A model generated the notes under the pieces. That model made no database searches. It was given only the letters and a program-made list of their open reading frames with translations, and was not told where the DNA came from. From NCBI GenBank assembly GCA_000002975.1, contig AF165818.4:60001-92000 (forward strand): 32,000 nucleotides of DNA. Reading direction: 5' to 3'. Source of the stretch: Guillardia theta nucleomorph (Eukaryota; Protista; Cryptophyta). Shown here one piece after another: positions 27,384 to 32,000 of the stretch. How positions within the stretch are numbered: position 1 is the first letter of the stretch; each line of letters begins with the position of its first letter. A program made the position numbers and the translations under genes.

Positions 27384-27911
27384 ATGAGTTCACATAAATA
27401 CCATTATCAAAATCCATGGACTTTATGGTACGATTCATCATCAAATAACGTAATCTCTTATGAATGGAATCAATTATTAATAAGAATATCCACTTTTGAT
27501 AATTTAGAAGATTTTCTTTTTTTATTGACCAACATAGCATATTTAACAGACCTCCCTCTTGGCTCTAGTTATCATGTGTTTAAGAACAATATTGAACCAA
27601 GTTGGGAAGATGAATCTAATAAAAACGGAGGAAAGTGGATTTTGTTACTACCAAAAAACAGTTGCTGTAACATAAACAAAATATGGGAAAAAAGTCTTAG
27701 TTTTACAGTTTTCTATGAAAATTGTAATTTAATAAATGGAATTGTTGGAAGCGTTAAGAAAAATCATTTAAGGATTTCAATATGGACATCAAAAAGCGAG
27801 GCCAAGAATGATCAAATTAATTTAGGAAAAAACTGGTACTTCTTTTTAAAAAACTATTTTGATGATTTTCATTTTAAAATAGAATATAGCCCACATAAAA
27901 GTTTCAACTAA
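27384..27911 (+). CDS. eif4E: Cap-binding translation initiation factor eIF4E
   Basis: WTLWYD, YHVFKNNIEPSWEDESNKNGGKW, INGIV, RISIWT. ATG at 27384. Confidence 0.95.
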   Translation: MSSHKYHYQNPWTLWYDSSSNNVISYEWNQLLIRISTFDNLEDFLFLLTNIAYLTDLPLGSSYHVFKNNIEPSWEDESNKNGGKWILLLPKNSCCNINKIWEKSLSFTVFYENCNLINGIVGSVKKNHLRISIWTSKSEAKNDQINLGKNWYFFLKNYFDDFHFKIEYSPHKSFN

Positions 27912-27912
27912 C

Positions 27913-28533
27913 TTAACTTTTATACTCAAATTTTTCAAACAATTTTTTTAAATTTTCTGTTTTACTTTCATTCAAAGAATATACACCCAAGCAACTTGTG
28001 CTTTTCATTCCTACAATTCTGCCTAATCTAGATTTATCTTTCACTATTACATATGGAATTTTCATGTAATCACAAAGTGATGGTAACCAGACTATACATT
28101 CTATAGGGCTCACGTCGTTAGCTATTATTACGAAAATTAATTTCTTTTTTTTGATCATGTTAGTAATTTTGTTAATTCCATGTGCAATAAGAATTTTATC
28201 AACATTCAGGCCATTTGAATTGACTTCTTTAGTTTTATTCAAATCAAATGTTATCTTTACTAAGTATGAAAACAAATTATCAGTCAAATTTTTACCTAAT
28301 ACCTTAGTAAATCTAAAGATTGGGAATGGAATTTTCATTTTAGTCGAGAAAATTTTCCTCTGCCTTTGAATACTTATATATTTAGGCCATATTTTAAATT
28401 TATAGATATCTTTTTTTTTAATTTTTTGTTTTTTTTTCGAACTCTCACTCTTTAGCAAACTTTCATTTTCTTCAAATAGAGATTTTTTGTCTATAGAATG
28501 TGATATTTTATGTATCTGATTTTTCAATTTCAT
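27913..28533 (-). CDS. rpl7A: 60S ribosomal protein L7a (eL8), shortened
   Basis: WPKYISIQRQR...KIP..I.RF, VIIANDVSPIE..VWLPSLC..M.IPYVIVKDKSRLG. Confidence 0.95.
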   Translation of the reverse strand: MKLKNQIHKISHSIDKKSLFEENESLLKSESSKKKQKIKKKDIYKFKIWPKYISIQRQRKIFSTKMKIPFPIFRFTKVLGKNLTDNLFSYLVKITFDLNKTKEVNSNGLNVDKILIAHGINKITNMIKKKKLIFVIIANDVSPIECIVWLPSLCDYMKIPYVIVKDKSRLGRIVGMKSTSCLGVYSLNESKTENLKKLFEKFEYKS

Positions 28534-28576
28534 AATATTTATGATTTTAATTTACGTTCTCCACTTATTATGACGT

Positions 28577-28978
28577 CTAAAATTTTTTGCCCCTAATAAA
28601 CAAAATTTTCATATTTAGAAAATCATCAACTTTAATTTCATTTAATTTGAATATTTGACCACCATTTTCGATAATTTTTTTTTTTACTGAGCTGGAAAAG
28701 TTTAATGCAAAGATTTTTAATTTTGGAGTTTTGGATATTCTCTCATCATTTAAAATCTTACTTACAGTCAAAATAGATTTGGTTGTATCTTTAAGTGAAA
28801 ATTTGATAAGTTTTGACAAAGAAATTACAGATCTAGACTTTCTGGAAGAATTGGTTCTTCTAATAAGTTCTTTTAGAAATTTTTTTTTGACATTTTCTCG
28901 TGGTAACTTCAGATTTTTAACAAAAGTTCTAAGATACAAATCAGTAGATTTTGTAGATTTGTTATACCTATTAGACAT
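28577..28978 (-). CDS. rpl18: 60S ribosomal protein L18 (eL18), shortened (133 aa)
   Basis: [22 protein letters not shown]...[11 protein letters not shown]...I...GG, LFIRG. ATG at 28978. Confidence 0.88.
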   Translation of the reverse strand: MSNRYNKSTKSTDLYLRTFVKNLKLPRENVKKKFLKELIRRTNSSRKSRSVISLSKLIKFSLKDTTKSILTVSKILNDERISKTPKLKIFALNFSSSVKKKIIENGGQIFKLNEIKVDDFLNMKILFIRGKKF

Positions 28979-29054
28979 AATTTTGGTAATTAACTTATAT
29001 GTAAATAAAAGATACCGATTAGGTATATTATTATTTATTAGATACCAAATAATT

Positions 29055-29756
29055 ATGATGTTTATTAATAATTGTATCATCCACCACCAAAAAAATTTCT
29101 ACAAAAAAAAACATAATGTAACCTCCAACAATCTTATTAATATTAAAATGATGCCAATTGGGGTTCCTAAGGTTGCATATCGTGTACCAGGATCCCCATC
29201 GGCTGATTGGGTTGATATTTATAATAGATTGTATAGAGAAAGGATTATATTCTTGGGACAAGAAATTGACGATGAAATAGCTAATCAAATTATTGCAGTT
29301 ATGCTGTACTTAGATTCTGAAGATAATTCCAAACCTATTTATATGTACATTAATTCCCCAGGAGGTTCTGTTATTTCTGGTTTAGCAATGTATGATACAA
29401 TGAGACACATTAAAAGTGAAGTTATAACTATTAATGTTGGTCTAGCTGCATCGATGTCATCATTCATTTTAGCAGCAGGAGAAAAAGGAAAAAGGCTTGC
29501 TTTACCTCATTCTAGAATCATGATACATCAGCCAATGGGAGGTGCTCAAGGACAAGCTTCTGATATTGAAGTAGAAGCACAACAAATTCTAAAAATTAGG
29601 AAAAGCTTGACTGAAGATTATGCTGAAATGTCTGGTAGAAGTTATGAAAAAGTTCTACAAGATATGGATAGAGACAATTTTATGTCATCATATGAAGCTC
29701 TAGATTATGGACTTATTGATAAAGTTATAGAAAGTAAATTAAAATTTAAAAACTGA
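29055..29756 (+). CDS. clpP: Plastid-targeted ClpP proteolytic subunit (cyanobacterial ClpP3/plastid ClpP1 type)
   Basis: [11 protein letters not shown]...[23 protein letters not shown], triad AASM / MIHQP / DRD. About 31-aa presequence MMFINN...; the track start at 28731 is a TTG within rpl18 antisense. Confidence 0.96.
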   Translation: MMFINNCIIHHQKNFYKKKHNVTSNNLINIKMMPIGVPKVAYRVPGSPSADWVDIYNRLYRERIIFLGQEIDDEIANQIIAVMLYLDSEDNSKPIYMYINSPGGSVISGLAMYDTMRHIKSEVITINVGLAASMSSFILAAGEKGKRLALPHSRIMIHQPMGGAQGQASDIEVEAQQILKIRKSLTEDYAEMSGRSYEKVLQDMDRDNFMSSYEALDYGLIDKVIESKLKFKN

Positions 29757-29807
29757 TTATAATTTAGTTTTTATTTATAAATTTAATACCTTTAGCTTAA
29801 TCTTAAT

Positions 29808-31193
29808 ATGGAAAATCATATTAATTTAACCTTACTTAATATTATACATCTAATATCATATGGCATGAAATTAAAGATTAGACTATTTCTTCAGAATATT
29901 AAATATAAGAAATCTGCTAAAAATAAATATCTGATTTCTATTATTAAGTTCCAAAATTTAAGATTTATAGAAAATTTACGATACGTTTCAATTTATTTTT
30001 TGCTTTTCAGCCTTACAAATAATAAAAAGTTTTTTTTGATTAAATATATTGATTTCGCTTTGGTGATTTTTTCAGAAATTTTTTATAGTTCTCTAGAATT
30101 TAAAATTTTTAGTTACTTGAACATTGAAATTAAACCAAGAGTTCAAAAAATATTTTACATAGGGTTGATTTTAAAAAAAATTTTAATTAATCAAATTTTA
30201 AACCAAAAGTTATACAGATCAATAAGTTTAGATATTCTTAAATTAGTTTTTATAACAAAATTGATGTACTCTGATGATCTAAATGACTTTATAAATGATC
30301 ATATAAATAAAAAAATATATTTCTTTGAAGATTTTCTGACTACTTATTTAATAGATAAATTTTTCAATCTAAATAACGTGATTCGAAATTTCATCACTGT
30401 TAATAATTACATTGTCTATTATAATGAACTCTTTAAGTTAAAAAAAAAAAATTTAAGATATAAAAATATAATAATTAATATCGAACAAACATTGTTAAAA
30501 AGGTTCGTATTCTCTGATGATTCTGATCAGTTATCTTATCTTAAGAAATTTTTTTCTTTAAATATAAAAAATTATTTGTTTAAAAAATCTATTCTTTTTA
30601 TACAAATTAAAAATAGACTTAAAAATAAATTCATTAGTTCATTTAAAAATTTAAAAACACCAATATTTCTTAAACTCAAAAAGAAAAAAAAATTGTTTGG
30701 TAATAAATTGATCGAATCTTTTTTTAGAATAAAAAATCAAATTAACAATTTTTCTATTGAATTTTTTTCTAAAGATATAATAGACGCTTTTTTGTTGAAC
30801 AGCTATTTTAAGCAAACAAAAATCATTTCTATGCATAATTATTTACCAACTAAATTACAAAAAACTATTCAATATCTGTTAAATATTGTAAAATATTTAG
30901 TTTTTATTCAATTCATCAGTTTAAAAAGAGATTTTCTTAAACTAAGTTACTATTTTCATGACAATTCATTTTTTAAAAAAAATCTAAAAGTAATTAATAT
31001 CTATAGAATAAATTTTTTCATAAAAAGAAATTCAAGCAAAATTAATACAAAAATCGGCTATTACTGTAATTTTTTTTTATTAGTTTTAAAAACTAGTTTT
31101 TCAGTAAAATTGGTAAAAAGTAGGTTTTTAAGAGATAATAAAAATGAAAATTCCAGACTTAATTTGATATTTAAGAGAAATTACTTAACGTAA
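29808..31193 (+). CDS. Hypothetical protein (461 aa)
   Basis: Long ATG-started ORF, rich in F/I/K/N/L; no motif recognised. Confidence 0.7.
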   Translation: MENHINLTLLNIIHLISYGMKLKIRLFLQNIKYKKSAKNKYLISIIKFQNLRFIENLRYVSIYFLLFSLTNNKKFFLIKYIDFALVIFSEIFYSSLEFKIFSYLNIEIKPRVQKIFYIGLILKKILINQILNQKLYRSISLDILKLVFITKLMYSDDLNDFINDHINKKIYFFEDFLTTYLIDKFFNLNNVIRNFITVNNYIVYYNELFKLKKKNLRYKNIIINIEQTLLKRFVFSDDSDQLSYLKKFFSLNIKNYLFKKSILFIQIKNRLKNKFISSFKNLKTPIFLKLKKKKKLFGNKLIESFFRIKNQINNFSIEFFSKDIIDAFLLNSYFKQTKIISMHNYLPTKLQKTIQYLLNIVKYLVFIQFISLKRDFLKLSYYFHDNSFFKKNLKVINIYRINFFIKRNSSKINTKIGYYCNFFLLVLKTSFSVKLVKSRFLRDNKNENSRLNLIFKRNYLT

Positions 31194-32000
31194 TCTGTAA
31201 CTAAATTTTTTAAACTAATTTTAGAATTTCGATTTATAAATAGTCCTTTATTTGAAGTAAATGGTTGACAGTAGAATATTCTATCATCTTTAGACTGAAC
31301 AGTGGCTTTTTTTATGATCCAAGAAATATCAGCACCAGTGAAATTAATTCTTAAAAAAAAATAAGATATCAGTTTTGAATTAATTCCTGGTAAAACTTCT
31401 ACTTTTCTTATTGTTGTCTTAAAAATTGATATTTTTTCACGGTATGATGGGTAATTAACATTTAAAACATGATCAAATCTACCTGGTCTAAGAAAAGCTT
31501 TGTCAATAATATCTAATCTGTTAGTTGCTGCAATCAAAAAAATTTTACTTTTTCTATTGAAATTATCTATTTCAGATAAAAGTTGGTTGACAATTCTTTC
31601 TCCTGAATTGGAATCACCATGAAAAGAATCCCTTTTTAAAGCCAGTGAATCAAATTCATCGAAAAATATTATCGTTGGTGAATTTTCTTTTGCATTTAAG
31701 AATATTTTTCTAATTGCTTTTTCTGATTCTCCAAGAAATTTATCAAGTATTTCTGGGCCTTTGATGTATGAGAAATTAGCTCCCGATTCCTTTGCAGCTG
31801 CTTTTGCTATCATAGTTTTACCACATCCAGGTGGACCGTTTATTAAAATTCCATTTCCTTGTCCAAAATTACTTCCTATATGATTATTATATAAAATCGG
31901 TTCTATAATAAATTTACTTATAACTTTTTTTGTATTTTCTAACCCGCCAATTTCAGACCAGGTAACATCTGAAAAATTATGTGTAGTTATTTTATCAAAA
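31181..32000 (-). CDS. CDC48-family AAA ATPase, Rix7/NVL-like D2 domain; 5' part is outside the window
   Basis: Frame is open to the window end: DVTWSEIGGL, GILINGPPGCGKTMIAKAAAKESGANF..IKGPE, IIFFDEFD, AATNRLDIIDKAFLRPGRFD. Confidence 0.85.
   Translation of the reverse strand, partial: FDKITTHNFSDVTWSEIGGLENTKKVISKFIIEPILYNNHIGSNFGQGNGILINGPPGCGKTMIAKAAAKESGANFSYIKGPEILDKFLGESEKAIRKIFLNAKENSPTIIFFDEFDSLALKRDSFHGDSNSGERIVNQLLSEIDNFNRKSKIFLIAATNRLDIIDKAFLRPGRFDHVLNVNYPSYREKISIFKTTIRKVEVLPGINSKLISYFFLRINFTGADISWIIKKATVQSKDDRIFYCQPFTSNKGLFINRNSKISLKNLVTDYVK

Noticed and set aside
28731-29080. Apparent long head-to-head overlap of clpP and rpl18
   Set aside because: Artefact of upstream start choices; homology-supported starts at 28978 and 29055 leave a 76-nt spacer.
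2503-30836. Short antisense or alternate-frame ORFs in the track (2503, 3249, 3503, 4632, 7922, 11789, 14273, 14495, 17975, 21529, 25043, 27289, 28151, 29031, 30651)
   Set aside because: They are shadows of recognised genes and contain no motifs.
1-32000. CRISPR arrays, mobile elements, rRNA or telomeric repeats
   Set aside because: None seen; nearly all of the sequence is accounted for by genes.

Overview
Extremely AT-rich, gene-dense eukaryotic DNA with spacers mostly under 100 nt and several gene overlaps. Cytosolic-type ribosomal, proteasome, ribosome-biogenesis and replication genes sit beside plastid-targeted genes (clpP, clpR, tic22). This is the profile of a cryptophyte nucleomorph chromosome, probably Guillardia theta (inferred from gene content, the ~49-nt intron and a 532-aa ORF; not database-checked). 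About 30 CDS and two tRNAs (Ser-CGA, Pro-CGG) were found. The ORF track misses a partial rpl26, the first exon and 49-nt intron of rfc2, and a compact U1 snRNA (8313-~8445) whose 5' end pairs 9/9 with that intron's donor. By-eye alignments suggest identities for several 'hypothetical' ORFs: a GTPase-dead Sey1/RHD3 derivative (ORF532), TFIIIC Tfc4, an exportin-T-like protein, a truncated PHR2-like photolyase, and two MCMs without ATPase motifs. All homology calls come from remembered motifs, not searches.
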